Below, piece by piece: positions 30,682 to 39,439 of a stretch of DNA of 64,000 nucleotides (positions within the stretch are counted from its first letter, which is position 1; each line of letters opens with the position of its first letter). A program made the position numbers and the translations under genes. The notes beneath the pieces were generated by a model, which ran no database searches, was not told the origin of the DNA, and saw only the letters and a list, made by a program, of their open reading frames with translations. Origin of the DNA: Rhodospirillaceae bacterium (GTDB taxonomy: Bacteria > Pseudomonadota > Alphaproteobacteria > MPNO01 > UBA2964); NCBI GenBank assembly GCA_038146865.1, contig JAYQSL010000007.1, positions 301,203 through 365,202 of the forward strand. Reading direction: 5' to 3'.

Positions 30682-31263
30682 TTAAAAGGCGTATTTAACA
30701 AGCATAAACCCACCGACAAGCAATGCGAAAAATAGTATAGTTATCAGTCCCAGCCGTCTCTCTATAAAACTTCTAATGGGAGGTCCCAGCCACCAGAGAA
30801 GTAGGGCGACAGAGAAGAATCTTATGCCTCGTGCGACAATTGATGTCACCGTAAAATTGGTTAAATCGAGTTCAAAAACGCCTGAAGCAATTGTCACAAG
30901 CTTAAATGGGAACATTGTGGTTCCGCCAAAAAACACAATCCATTGGCCATATTCTGCGTATTTACCCCTAAATTCGGAAAACTGGTTTTCGTAAGCATAT
31001 AGCTCCAGCAGGGGCATACCTATCCGTTCAAATGCTAAAAAGCCAATCGCGTAACCTGCAAGCCCCCCTAATACCGAGGAAATCGTGCAAATGAACGCAA
31101 TCTTGAACCAACGGGTTGGCGCCGCCAATATCATCGGGATTAGCAATACGTCAGGTGGTATAGGAAAAATGGAGCTCTCTAAAAATGAAATGCCAGCTAA
31201 GGCCCATATGGCGTATGGTCTTCCGGATATCTTTATGATGTTATCGTAAAGGCTCCGAAGCAA
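30682..31263 (-). CDS. YqaA/DedA-like (VTT domain) membrane protein
   Basis: 193 aa, multi-TM. ESSIFPIPPDVLLIPM is the characteristic VTT-domain motif. Confidence 0.7.
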   Translation of the reverse strand: MLRSLYDNIIKISGRPYAIWALAGISFLESSIFPIPPDVLLIPMILAAPTRWFKIAFICTISSVLGGLAGYAIGFLAFERIGMPLLELYAYENQFSEFRGKYAEYGQWIVFFGGTTMFPFKLVTIASGVFELDLTNFTVTSIVARGIRFFSVALLLWWLGPPIRSFIERRLGLITILFFALLVGGFMLVKYAF

Positions 31264-31419
31264 TTCAACCTCTCGGTGCGCAAAAGTTTTACCTTGTTTT
31301 TGTTAGCAGTGGAAAAGAGTCAAGACAATCAGAAGTAAATCTGAACTTTGAATAACACTATACCATTTATTGACCGTGAGCTGATCCAATGTATTATCCA
31401 CATCTCTTTTGATTACAGG

Positions 31420-31506
31420 GCCCCTGTGGCGGAACTGGTAGACGCGGCAGACTCAAAATCTGTTATCGGTAACGATGTGGGAGTTCGAGTCTCCCTGGGG
31501 GCACCA
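31420..31506 (+). tRNA. tRNA-Leu (anticodon CAA)
   Basis: GCCCCTG acceptor stem pairs with TGGGGGC. D arm GCGG/AACTGGTAG/ACGC. Anticodon stem GCAGA/TCTGT with loop CTCAAAA. Long variable arm (class II), T arm GGGAG-TTCGAGT-CTCCC, and an encoded CCA end. Confidence 0.9.
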
Positions 31507-31583
31507 ACGACTTAGTTATGAGGCAAGTAGGACCTGGGTGAAACCCAAGACAGGTTAGTTTAGGCGAGAAAAGTTCCCTTCCT

Positions 31584-32639
31584 GTGACCCGAAATTTAAA
31601 AACACTTCAAATAATTGGTTCCAACAATCCCGGAGGCGCGGAAGCATATTTTGTCCGCTTTGTGAGAGCTTTGAGAGCCCACTGCGAGGTCACTGCGGTC
31701 GTGAAAAGGGGATCTTGGATCTCTGAACAACTCTCATCCTTGGATATACAGCATGAAAAGATGCGTTTTGGAGGTCTCTTTGATTTTGGAACGCGCGCAG
31801 CCCTGTTCAGGCTTGTCGGGGAGGGAAGGTACAATATAGCTCAGACCTGGATGAGCCGAGCGAGCAAGCATTTTCCTTCTCGAGCTGATATCCCCTGGGT
31901 CTGTAGATTAGGGGGGTACTACAAAATGAAGTATTATCGCGGAGCTAATGCTCTGATTGGTAATACAAAGGATATTTGCGAATATATAAAAAGAGACGGA
32001 TGGCCGAGCCATAAAGTGGCTTATCTTCCGAATTTCGTAGACCCACCGCCTGCAGGTGAAATACTGAGCAAAAATGAATTGCGAACAGAACTCGGTATTC
32101 CAATAGAGACAAAAGTTCTTTTTTGTGCGGGCAGATTCCATGAAAACAAGGGATATGATTTGGTGCTGTCAGCGCTGGAACATCTTCCAAAAGATACCCA
32201 TTTTCTGCTAGTTGGTGATGGCGTTAAAAAAGCTGCGTTGGTCAACCAAATCCAGGCTCTCGATCTAGATGGGAGGGTTCACATTTTCCCCTGGGCGGAT
32301 AACGTCTCCCGTTTTGCGGGGGCTGCAGACATATGGCTAGTGCCATCGCGAGTAGAACCACTGGGTAATGTGGTGATAGAAGCATGGTCTAATGGAATAC
32401 CGGTGATTGCTAGCGATACGCCTGGACCGCTATCTTTGATTACCAATATGAAAACAGGTGTCTTATTTGAAGGCAGTAACATCAATGATCTCATAAAAAA
32501 AATACTACTAGTGAGTAATAACTATTCTTTGATCAACACGCTGGTGAAGAATGGCAAAGAAAAATATCAAAAAAATTTTAGTGAAGAAATTGTCATAAAA
32601 AGCTGGCTCAACTATTACGAAGGGGCCCTGAAACCCTGA
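31584..32639 (+). CDS. glycosyltransferase family 4 (GT-B, group 1)
   Basis: 351 aa with a GTG start. C-terminal donor-binding block VPSRVEPLGNVVIEAWSNGIPVIASD (EX7E region). Confidence 0.8.
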   Translation: MTRNLKTLQIIGSNNPGGAEAYFVRFVRALRAHCEVTAVVKRGSWISEQLSSLDIQHEKMRFGGLFDFGTRAALFRLVGEGRYNIAQTWMSRASKHFPSRADIPWVCRLGGYYKMKYYRGANALIGNTKDICEYIKRDGWPSHKVAYLPNFVDPPPAGEILSKNELRTELGIPIETKVLFCAGRFHENKGYDLVLSALEHLPKDTHFLLVGDGVKKAALVNQIQALDLDGRVHIFPWADNVSRFAGAADIWLVPSRVEPLGNVVIEAWSNGIPVIASDTPGPLSLITNMKTGVLFEGSNINDLIKKILLVSNNYSLINTLVKNGKEKYQKNFSEEIVIKSWLNYYEGALKP

Positions 32640-32828
32640 GAAAGCGCTTAAACTCAGTTGCATGCTTTTGATTGACGGGATTTGTCGCCATCGTCCTTGT
32701 AAAATTAATGGGTGCGGGCAATTTTTTTGAGATTAAAGATCTATAAAAATTTTGATTAACTTGATTGCATTTATCCTAGAAGGCTGACTAATCTTTTTGA
32801 TTGTCCCTTTTTGAACAGGAGTTAAGGA

Positions 32829-33890
32829 ATGACCTTCAAACCTGCGACCCGAGGACGCGAACATTCTGAACCGATGATGCAAGTAATTGATCCCGCGGGT
32901 TGGTTCCCAGAGGATATGATCGGGACTAATGAATGGATCTATACATTTTCCGATACTGAAATTTTGGAAATTCTGGGGGCAGTGGATGCCTTAAAGGAAG
33001 ATGGCAAAACTGTGTTAGATGTCACTCGTGAGAACTTTATTTTGCCAGTATTTGATCAAAGGTTATCTATTTTAAGAGACGAATTACTCCACGGGCGCGG
33101 TTTTTTTCTATTGAGAGGGCTGCCAATTGAAGACATGAGCCCAGAGTCTGCTGCCATGGCATTCTGGGGATTGGGCACGCGATTTGGCCGTTTTGTCTCA
33201 CAAAACGCTAAAGGGCACATGCTTGGTCACGTCAAAGATTTCGGAGGTGATTATAGTGATCCTAAAGTTCGTGGTTACCAGACTGCAGCACAGATGAGCT
33301 ACCACTCTGATCAATGTGATAACGTTTGGTTGATGTGTATTCAGCCGGCTAAATCGGGTGGGGAGAGCCTGATTTCCAGTACCGTAACCATCTATAACGA
33401 GATGCTTCGAACTCGGCCTGAGCTAGCAGAAGCTTTAATCGGTGACTTTTACCAAACTAAACATGGTGAAATATCAGAAGGCGAAGATCCTTTTTACAAA
33501 CTGCCGGTATTTTCTTTTAAAGATGGTTTTTTTTCGGGGCGGGGGGCAGGAATTCATCTGCTAAAGGCCTTGGATCTTCCTGGAGTTCCCCCTGCAACCA
33601 AAAACCAAAAAGAGGCTTTTCCATATTTCCAGAAACTGGCTAATAAATTCTCTTTTCCTACTCACTTTCAAAAGGGTGATATTCAGGTCTTGCACAGCCA
33701 TGTAACTGTTCACACAAGGACAGCGTTTCAAGATTTTGAGGAGCTAGAAAAAAAACGGCATCTTATGCGTTTATGGGTGGTCGATGAGAATGGAAGGTCA
33801 CTTGTACCGGGTTTCCGAGAGAATTTCTCGGGTATCGAAATGCCTGGCGTAGAACATACCGCACCTTTAAACGTATTCGAGGCCGCTTGA
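32829..33890 (+). CDS. TauD/TfdA-superfamily dioxygenase, long form (paralogue 2)
   Basis: 353 aa. HxD in MSYHSDQCD, plus SGGESL and a distal HSHVTVHTRTAF block. AGGAG Shine-Dalgarno sequence upstream. More divergent than the other two paralogues. Confidence 0.7.
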   Translation: MTFKPATRGREHSEPMMQVIDPAGWFPEDMIGTNEWIYTFSDTEILEILGAVDALKEDGKTVLDVTRENFILPVFDQRLSILRDELLHGRGFFLLRGLPIEDMSPESAAMAFWGLGTRFGRFVSQNAKGHMLGHVKDFGGDYSDPKVRGYQTAAQMSYHSDQCDNVWLMCIQPAKSGGESLISSTVTIYNEMLRTRPELAEALIGDFYQTKHGEISEGEDPFYKLPVFSFKDGFFSGRGAGIHLLKALDLPGVPPATKNQKEAFPYFQKLANKFSFPTHFQKGDIQVLHSHVTVHTRTAFQDFEELEKKRHLMRLWVVDENGRSLVPGFRENFSGIEMPGVEHTAPLNVFEAA

Positions 33891-33917
33891 GTTAAACTTT
33901 CTGTGTTCTAGTGTAAG

Positions 33918-34346
33918 TTGAAAAAAAGAACAAAAATCAGCCGTGAGTCGTTTGCCTCTTGGACAGAAGTATCAATCCGATACAGTGATCTAGATCCTAA
34001 TGGCCATGTTAATAATGGCGCTATAAATCAATATTTTGAGGATGGGCGCGTAAAATTTCGTGAGGATCTGATGGGTGGCCTGGGACGGGAGATATTGACC
34101 GGCTTTGCGATTGCTCACTTCGAAGTAAGCTACTACTCGGCTCTGAATTATCCGGGGAGTGTAGAAGTTGGCACTGTGGTCACACGGATCGGGGAAACAT
34201 CTTTTGGCCTAGGCCAGGCAATCTTTGTTGGCAGTCGAGAAATAGCTGGGGCGCATGTAGTTTCGGTATATTTTGATCCAGCTACCGGTACAAAGAAGCA
34301 TCTCCCTGAAGAACTTCGATCTGTCTTGAAAAAAGCATTGCTGTAA
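33918..34346 (+). CDS. hotdog-fold acyl-CoA thioesterase (4HBT/YbgC-like)
   Basis: 142 aa. IRYSDLDPNGHVNNGAINQYFEDGR is the 4HBT catalytic-Asp motif. TTG start, so the exact start is uncertain. Confidence 0.7.
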   Translation: MKKRTKISRESFASWTEVSIRYSDLDPNGHVNNGAINQYFEDGRVKFREDLMGGLGREILTGFAIAHFEVSYYSALNYPGSVEVGTVVTRIGETSFGLGQAIFVGSREIAGAHVVSVYFDPATGTKKHLPEELRSVLKKALL

Positions 34347-34432
34347 CCTCAGATCGGTACCCAGTTGTCTTAATATCCCAAAGTTTAGAAGCTTGGTGCT
34401 GGTTATAATAAACACGAATGAGCGGTCTTTCC

Positions 34433-34855
34433 CTAAAAATGCTTTGATCCGCTGATCGCAGCGATCCCTGCTTTTGCGACCACTAGGTCCTGTGCCCCGG
34501 TCCCAGATCCTACTCCGATCCCTCCAATCAGGTTTCCCTCAACTATAATAGGGAGACCGCCTGGGAGATTTATCCGCTTACCGTCAGTTCCGATTGCCAA
34601 CTTAATATCAATTCCGGCTTCAATGTCGCCTGATGGAATTCCATAGCAGGCGGCTGTTTGCGCTTTACGCAGCGATGTTTCAAGGGACATTGAAAAGGCT
34701 CCATCCATGCGCGCGAAAGCAATCATGTGTCCCCCTTGATCAACAACCGAAATGCATTGAGGAACACCCATTTCTGACGCGGCAGCAACGGCAGCATTTA
34801 TTATTTTTTGAGCACCTTGATAGGTGAGTTTGAGGGTAGATTGCGTTTCACTCAT
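34433..34855 (-). CDS. GlcG/HbpS-like (DUF336) haem-binding family protein
   Basis: 140 aa. The DUF336 signature is GGLPIIVEGNLIGGIGVGSGTGAQD. Confidence 0.8.
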   Translation of the reverse strand: MSETQSTLKLTYQGAQKIINAAVAAASEMGVPQCISVVDQGGHMIAFARMDGAFSMSLETSLRKAQTAACYGIPSGDIEAGIDIKLAIGTDGKRINLPGGLPIIVEGNLIGGIGVGSGTGAQDLVVAKAGIAAISGSKHF

Positions 34856-35082
34856 GAATTGGTCCTGTGTAGATAGTTTGTAAAATGGATCATCATTTAA
34901 CGCGTAATGATACGCAAGCAGTTCCTGCAGCCAAATCTAAACAAAATGATTCTGTGCGACCTAGAAGTCTCTATTCGATGTGATGTCCAAATTAGGGGTG
35001 GATATTTTTAAAATGACTATTGAGAGTTTGGGGTTTTTAAGCGCGGGCACACACAACGACCCGCATTAGCCTTTTTCCCATC

Positions 35083-35937
35083 TTAGCCGAAAGGTTTCAA
35101 TATTTCTCCAGCGACTTTACCCCTCTTTAGGAGTCGTCTTTGCTCTGGGGGAAAAGAGGTTCGAGCGTGAGCGGAACAACGATTGTCCCAAATTAAATAG
35201 TCGCCCAAGGACCATATGTGTTCGTAATCAACCCGTTCTATAAAATGAAAAAGTTCTTGCAAGAGATCGCTGGCATCAGATTTGTCCATGCCTTGAATTG
35301 CCGCACTCATTAATCTGTTGACATATAGGGCCGGGCGTTTTGTCTCCGGATGAATGAGAACCGCTGGCTGCCAACAATGAGGTATCCGGGCGAGGTCTGA
35401 TAAATCTGGTTCTTGTTTTACGGTATAGTCGTAGACTTGTAATACCCGCTTTCCGGCAATCTTCTTTTTCAAATTATATGGGAGAGCCTCCCAGGATAAA
35501 TAACAATTATTAAAAAGCGTGTGTCCACCAGTTTTTGGTAACTCAACCGAATAAAGCCAGGTAGCTTTATCAGGCGCTTGTGAAAACGAATTATCGTGGT
35601 GAAACCACATATCACTATCACCAAAAGACCCTATTTCTTCGTTAAATTCATTCCTGATATTGGATACCAGTTGAATATTGAGGTCCTCATCTCGCCGACG
35701 TCCCAAGGGCATATGGATTTTCCCAATAGAACCAAGCCAATCGGCACTTGTCTTAAGTTGTAGGTCATTGAGCTCCATATCACGAAAAATAAGAAGAATG
35801 TGTTCAGCGAAAGCAGATCTTAAGATCATGGCGTCTTTTTCAGAAATGCTCTCGTCCAGAGCAACACCCTGAACCTCAGCCCCAATAGTCTCACTAAGCG
35901 GCCTGATTTCGATCATATCGTTAACCCTATCTGTCAA
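35083..35937 (-). CDS. TauD/TfdA-family Fe(II)/2-oxoglutarate dioxygenase (paralogue 3)
   Basis: 284 aa. HxD in WFHHDNSF, plus GGHTLF and IWDNRCSAHARTSF. Confidence 0.85.
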   Translation of the reverse strand: MTDRVNDMIEIRPLSETIGAEVQGVALDESISEKDAMILRSAFAEHILLIFRDMELNDLQLKTSADWLGSIGKIHMPLGRRRDEDLNIQLVSNIRNEFNEEIGSFGDSDMWFHHDNSFSQAPDKATWLYSVELPKTGGHTLFNNCYLSWEALPYNLKKKIAGKRVLQVYDYTVKQEPDLSDLARIPHCWQPAVLIHPETKRPALYVNRLMSAAIQGMDKSDASDLLQELFHFIERVDYEHIWSLGDYLIWDNRCSAHARTSFPPEQRRLLKRGKVAGEILKPFG

Positions 35938-36026
35938 AATTTAATTCGCTGCATCTTTAATTGCCCACCCTTGTTTTCCAATGCTCTATTGCATTAAGGA
36001 TTGACGAAGATTTAAAGGAGATTGAA

Positions 36027-36800
36027 ATGCCATCATCAGTGTATCCCACGTTAAAAGATAGAGTAATAATTATAACGGGCGGCGGGCAAGCACTTGGTCG
36101 CGCTTATGCACACGCCTTTGCCGAGCAGGGAGCTATTCCAGTCATTGCCGAGCTCGAGGCGGAAAAGGGTGATCGCGTGGTTTCAGAGATCACGCAGAAA
36201 GGCGGGCGCGCATTTTGTGTCCCAACCGATATTTCAAATCAGGCTGACGTCGAGGACATGGTTGAAAAAACGATCGACAAGTATGGCCGTGTGGATTGTT
36301 TGATAAACAATGCGGCTGTCTTTTCCAAAATCACCATCGCGCCGTTCTGGGAATTGCCGGTAGATGAGTGGAAATCGGCAATGGAGGTCAATATAAATGG
36401 TGCTTTTTACTGCTCTCGGGCCGTGGTTCCCATTATGCAGGAGCATAAATGGGGCCGGATTATAAATATTGCTTCAACAACTGTGCCTACTGGGCGGCCA
36501 AATTATCTCCATTATATAACGTCGAAGTCAGCGATGATTGGTATGACGAGGTCAATGGCTCGCGAACTCGGAGACTGGAATATTACGGTGCATCTTTTTA
36601 TGCCAGGAGCCGTTGAGACCGAAGTGGAGCGTCCTTCGGTTTCGGGAGCGATGTTTCAGAATTTGGCGCAGCAACAAGCCCTTAAGCGTCCGGCAACGAT
36701 GGATGAATATGCCGGGTTTATGCTCTGGCTTTGTTCAGATGACGCAGAATTCACCACAGGGCAAACATTCGCGGCAAATGGGGGGATCGCTTTTCCCTAG
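36027..36800 (+). CDS. short-chain dehydrogenase/reductase (SDR)
   Basis: The ORF track starts at 35961. AAGGAG at 36015-36020 favours ATG 36027 (MPSSVYPTLKDRV). Motifs: ITGGGQALG, NNAA and catalytic YITSK. Confidence 0.85.
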   Translation: MPSSVYPTLKDRVIIITGGGQALGRAYAHAFAEQGAIPVIAELEAEKGDRVVSEITQKGGRAFCVPTDISNQADVEDMVEKTIDKYGRVDCLINNAAVFSKITIAPFWELPVDEWKSAMEVNINGAFYCSRAVVPIMQEHKWGRIINIASTTVPTGRPNYLHYITSKSAMIGMTRSMARELGDWNITVHLFMPGAVETEVERPSVSGAMFQNLAQQQALKRPATMDEYAGFMLWLCSDDAEFTTGQTFAANGGIAFP

Positions 36801-36845
36801 TTTTCCAATTTTTTTGGACTTTTTGGGTGAGGAGTAATCTGCTGA

Positions 36846-37028
36846 TTACGTAGGGTCTCCTCCCAGAGTTTCTATCGTAATATCGATTTGCTCTCTAAGT
36901 TTCTTTAACCAGGTTATTACCCGTTCAAAGTCTTCTTCTGTATATTCTTCTTGAAAAAGTTCATGTTCATTCATGAGCTTTGCGATGATTTCAACAAACT
37001 GAAGCTGGTCTGGGTCCAATTTATTCAT
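36846..37028 (-). CDS. small acidic hypothetical protein
   Basis: 60-aa ORF with GGAGAG 6 nt upstream of the ATG. Predicted helical and strongly acidic (EEYTEEDFERV). I recognise no family. Confidence 0.4.
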   Translation of the reverse strand: MNKLDPDQLQFVEIIAKLMNEHELFQEEYTEEDFERVITWLKKLREQIDITIETLGGDPT

Positions 37029-37161
37029 GCTGTCTCTCCGGTTACCTTGATATTTTAAGGTCTATCGTTTCTGTTTTTTCGCGACAAGGTGTATAGGAAC
37101 CTCAGGCTCCCAAAAACGGTCCTTTTCCCGTCTTTTAGAGCTCCAACAGGAGGCCAGACCA

Positions 37162-37938
37162 ATGGATAGAATTATAGAACTCTTAATTGCGGGCACACCC
37201 CTTGATATTCTCGGCTTCTCCGGTTTGTGTGGGGTTTCCTTTTTGGGCAGTTTTATCGCGGCTTCACTAGGCCTAGGCGGCGGTCTTCTAGTACTCGCGA
37301 CCATGACATTATTTCTACCGCCAGCGGTCCTTATACCGCTCCATGGCATCGTTCAGGTTGGGTCTAATGGCTTTCGTATATGGCTTATGAGAAGGGACGC
37401 GCTTTATACCGTCGCGCCAGCATTTATTGTTGGGACCCTTTTAGGAGCTTGGATTGGAGGAAAAACCGTATTCGCTCTGGAAACCTGGGTCTTGCAAATG
37501 ATCCTCGGCCTTTTTGTTCTGTATGCGACATGGGCGCCGAGCTTCACAAGTCGCAAACCGGGGCCAGTTAAATTTCTAAGTGTTGGGATAGCTGGCGGGT
37601 TTGCAACAATGTTTGTTGGCGGCACCGGGCCTCTCGTTGCGCCGTTCGTAAAGGCTGCATGCTCGGCTCGGCAACAGGTTGTCTCTACCCATGCACTGCT
37701 CATGACCTTTCAACATCTATTTAAAGTGATTGCCTTTGGTTTGCTAGGTTTCGGGTTTGGGCCCTACATACCGCTGCTTGTGGGCTTGATAGGATTTGGC
37801 ATGATTGGCACCTGGGTGGGAAGGAAGGTGCTGGATAAACTTCCAGAAAAAGTATTTAGGATCGGGCTCAATGTTATTCTTACGTTATTGGCCTGCAGGT
37901 TGCTTTATGCCGCCGTGTCGGCTCATTTTTCTGGCTAA
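37162..37938 (+). CDS. TauE/SafE (DUF81) family anion exporter
   Basis: 258 aa, about 8 TM helices, Gly-rich repeated halves typical of sulfite/sulfoacetate exporter-like proteins. Confidence 0.75.
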   Translation: MDRIIELLIAGTPLDILGFSGLCGVSFLGSFIAASLGLGGGLLVLATMTLFLPPAVLIPLHGIVQVGSNGFRIWLMRRDALYTVAPAFIVGTLLGAWIGGKTVFALETWVLQMILGLFVLYATWAPSFTSRKPGPVKFLSVGIAGGFATMFVGGTGPLVAPFVKAACSARQQVVSTHALLMTFQHLFKVIAFGLLGFGFGPYIPLLVGLIGFGMIGTWVGRKVLDKLPEKVFRIGLNVILTLLACRLLYAAVSAHFSG

Positions 37939-38597
37939 CTGTCGGCTGATTTCGAAATCCAATTAAACAGAAAAGCCGCTGCAAGAGCCCCTGCAAATTG
38001 TGCTGCTATGAATGCAGGAACATGATTGGGTAAAATCCCTGAGAATGTATCTGTGAAACTCCTTGCGATAGTAACTGCGGGGTTGGCAAATGATGTAGAT
38101 GAAGTAAACCAGTAAGCCGATGAAATATATAGCCCAACCGCGAAAGGAACCGCGCTCTCCCTGAATTTAACGCAACCCAGAATAACAAGTACCAGGCCAA
38201 ATGTTGCAATAAATTCTGAGTACCATTGGGATGGTCCCGACCGAATTTTCTGCGAAGATTGAAGGAGTTCTGTTTCAAACATGAAATGAGCGCTTACAAC
38301 ACCAAGTATTCCACCAACCAGTTGAACTCCAATATACGCCGCGGCAATTCCAAAGCCGATATTTTTTCTCATGAGAAAAACGACTGTTACGGCGGGATTA
38401 AAATGAGCCCCAGACACTGGGCCAAGTGTAAGAATTAACACAACAAGGATCGCACCAGTAGCCGCCATATTGGCCAGTAGGGCCACGCCATCATCGGGAG
38501 ATAGGTTATCCCCCATAATACCTGAACCCACCACACCCATTAATAGCAAGGCGGTTCCTAAAAATTCTGATGCTAGTCGACGCGATAATGTAAACAC
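37935..38597 (-). CDS. aquaporin (MIP) family channel
   Basis: 220 aa with 6 TM helices. Two NPA boxes are present (HFNPAVT and FANPAVTIAR). Confidence 0.85.
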   Translation of the reverse strand: MFTLSRRLASEFLGTALLLMGVVGSGIMGDNLSPDDGVALLANMAATGAILVVLILTLGPVSGAHFNPAVTVVFLMRKNIGFGIAAAYIGVQLVGGILGVVSAHFMFETELLQSSQKIRSGPSQWYSEFIATFGLVLVILGCVKFRESAVPFAVGLYISSAYWFTSSTSFANPAVTIARSFTDTFSGILPNHVPAFIAAQFAGALAAAFLFNWISKSADS

Positions 38598-38762
38598 AAA
38601 AATTATCCAGGATTTATTCGAAAACCATGACCTCTAAGGCAAGACCATTGGCTGGTTCAACTGTTGTTATGGGTATTGCAAATTTATCTACCTTACATAT
38701 TTCGAAAAAAAGGAAGCAGGGCTTTCATTCCTTTTAGCTCTAAAATATTTCTGTTTGATGAC

Positions 38763-39320
38763 ATGAATGCTCTGTTCCATAGTACATCCGCAGATAAAAT
38801 TACTGCAAGCGGAGGCGTTCTATTGTCGAAACAAATTATCGCAAGTTTTCCTGAAAATCCGCATGATCATAGTCAATGTTTTGATGAAGCGATGGATGCG
38901 GCAGAAAATTTGTGTAAGAGGTTCGGTTTAAGACTGACGGCTCAACGGCGGCGGGTGCTCGAGTTATTGTGGACCAGTCATAAACCGCTGGGTGCTTATG
39001 AAATTCTGGATATGCTGAATAAGCAGGGCGCGGCTGCGGCGCCGCCGACGGTCTATCGCGCGCTAGATTTTTTGTTGGCGAATGGGCTGATCCACCGCAT
39101 CGAGTCATTAAATGCATTTGTTGGGTGCGCTGCGCCAGACCAAGAGCATGGAGGCCAATTTTTAATATGTAGCAGTTGCGGACTTACAGCGGAATTAGAC
39201 GATGATGACCTGACAAAAAAGATCCGCGAGAGGGCTTCTAAAATGGGTTTTGATGTAAAGAAACAAACTATCGAAGTGTCAGGACTTTGTCCCGCGTGTC
39301 GTATCCCAAATAATGAATAG
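38763..39320 (+). CDS. zur: Fur-family zinc uptake regulator
   Basis: The ORF track starts at 38664. ATG 38763 gives 185 aa. It has a His/Cys-rich N-terminus (PHDHSQC), a winged-helix block LTAQRRRVLELLW...PPTVYRALDFL, and CxxC pairs (CSSCG, CPAC). Confidence 0.75.
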   Translation: MNALFHSTSADKITASGGVLLSKQIIASFPENPHDHSQCFDEAMDAAENLCKRFGLRLTAQRRRVLELLWTSHKPLGAYEILDMLNKQGAAAAPPTVYRALDFLLANGLIHRIESLNAFVGCAAPDQEHGGQFLICSSCGLTAELDDDDLTKKIRERASKMGFDVKKQTIEVSGLCPACRIPNNE

Positions 39321-39439
39321 TGCGTTTTCCCATTTACGCTGGCGCAATGATTTAATTTGAGTAAGCACTCGCTCTAAAAGTTTCATCACAGACAAAAAAA
39401 AAGAGAGAACTTTTATATTTTTTTAATATTCTTTTTTCA

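Noticed and set aside
37062-37349. 95-aa Pro/Lys/Arg-rich ORF antisense to the tauE start.
   Set aside because: It overlaps a well-supported multi-TM gene on the opposite strand and has no Shine-Dalgarno sequence. Its composition is what one expects from the reverse complement of a Gly/Leu/Phe-rich membrane gene.
38598-38762. Zur box in the aquaporin/zur divergent region (TGTTGTTATGGGTATTGCAA).
   Set aside because: Only one half-site resembles the TGTTAT...ATAACA type palindrome, and the other arm has several mismatches. It is not convincing without a position-weight-matrix score.
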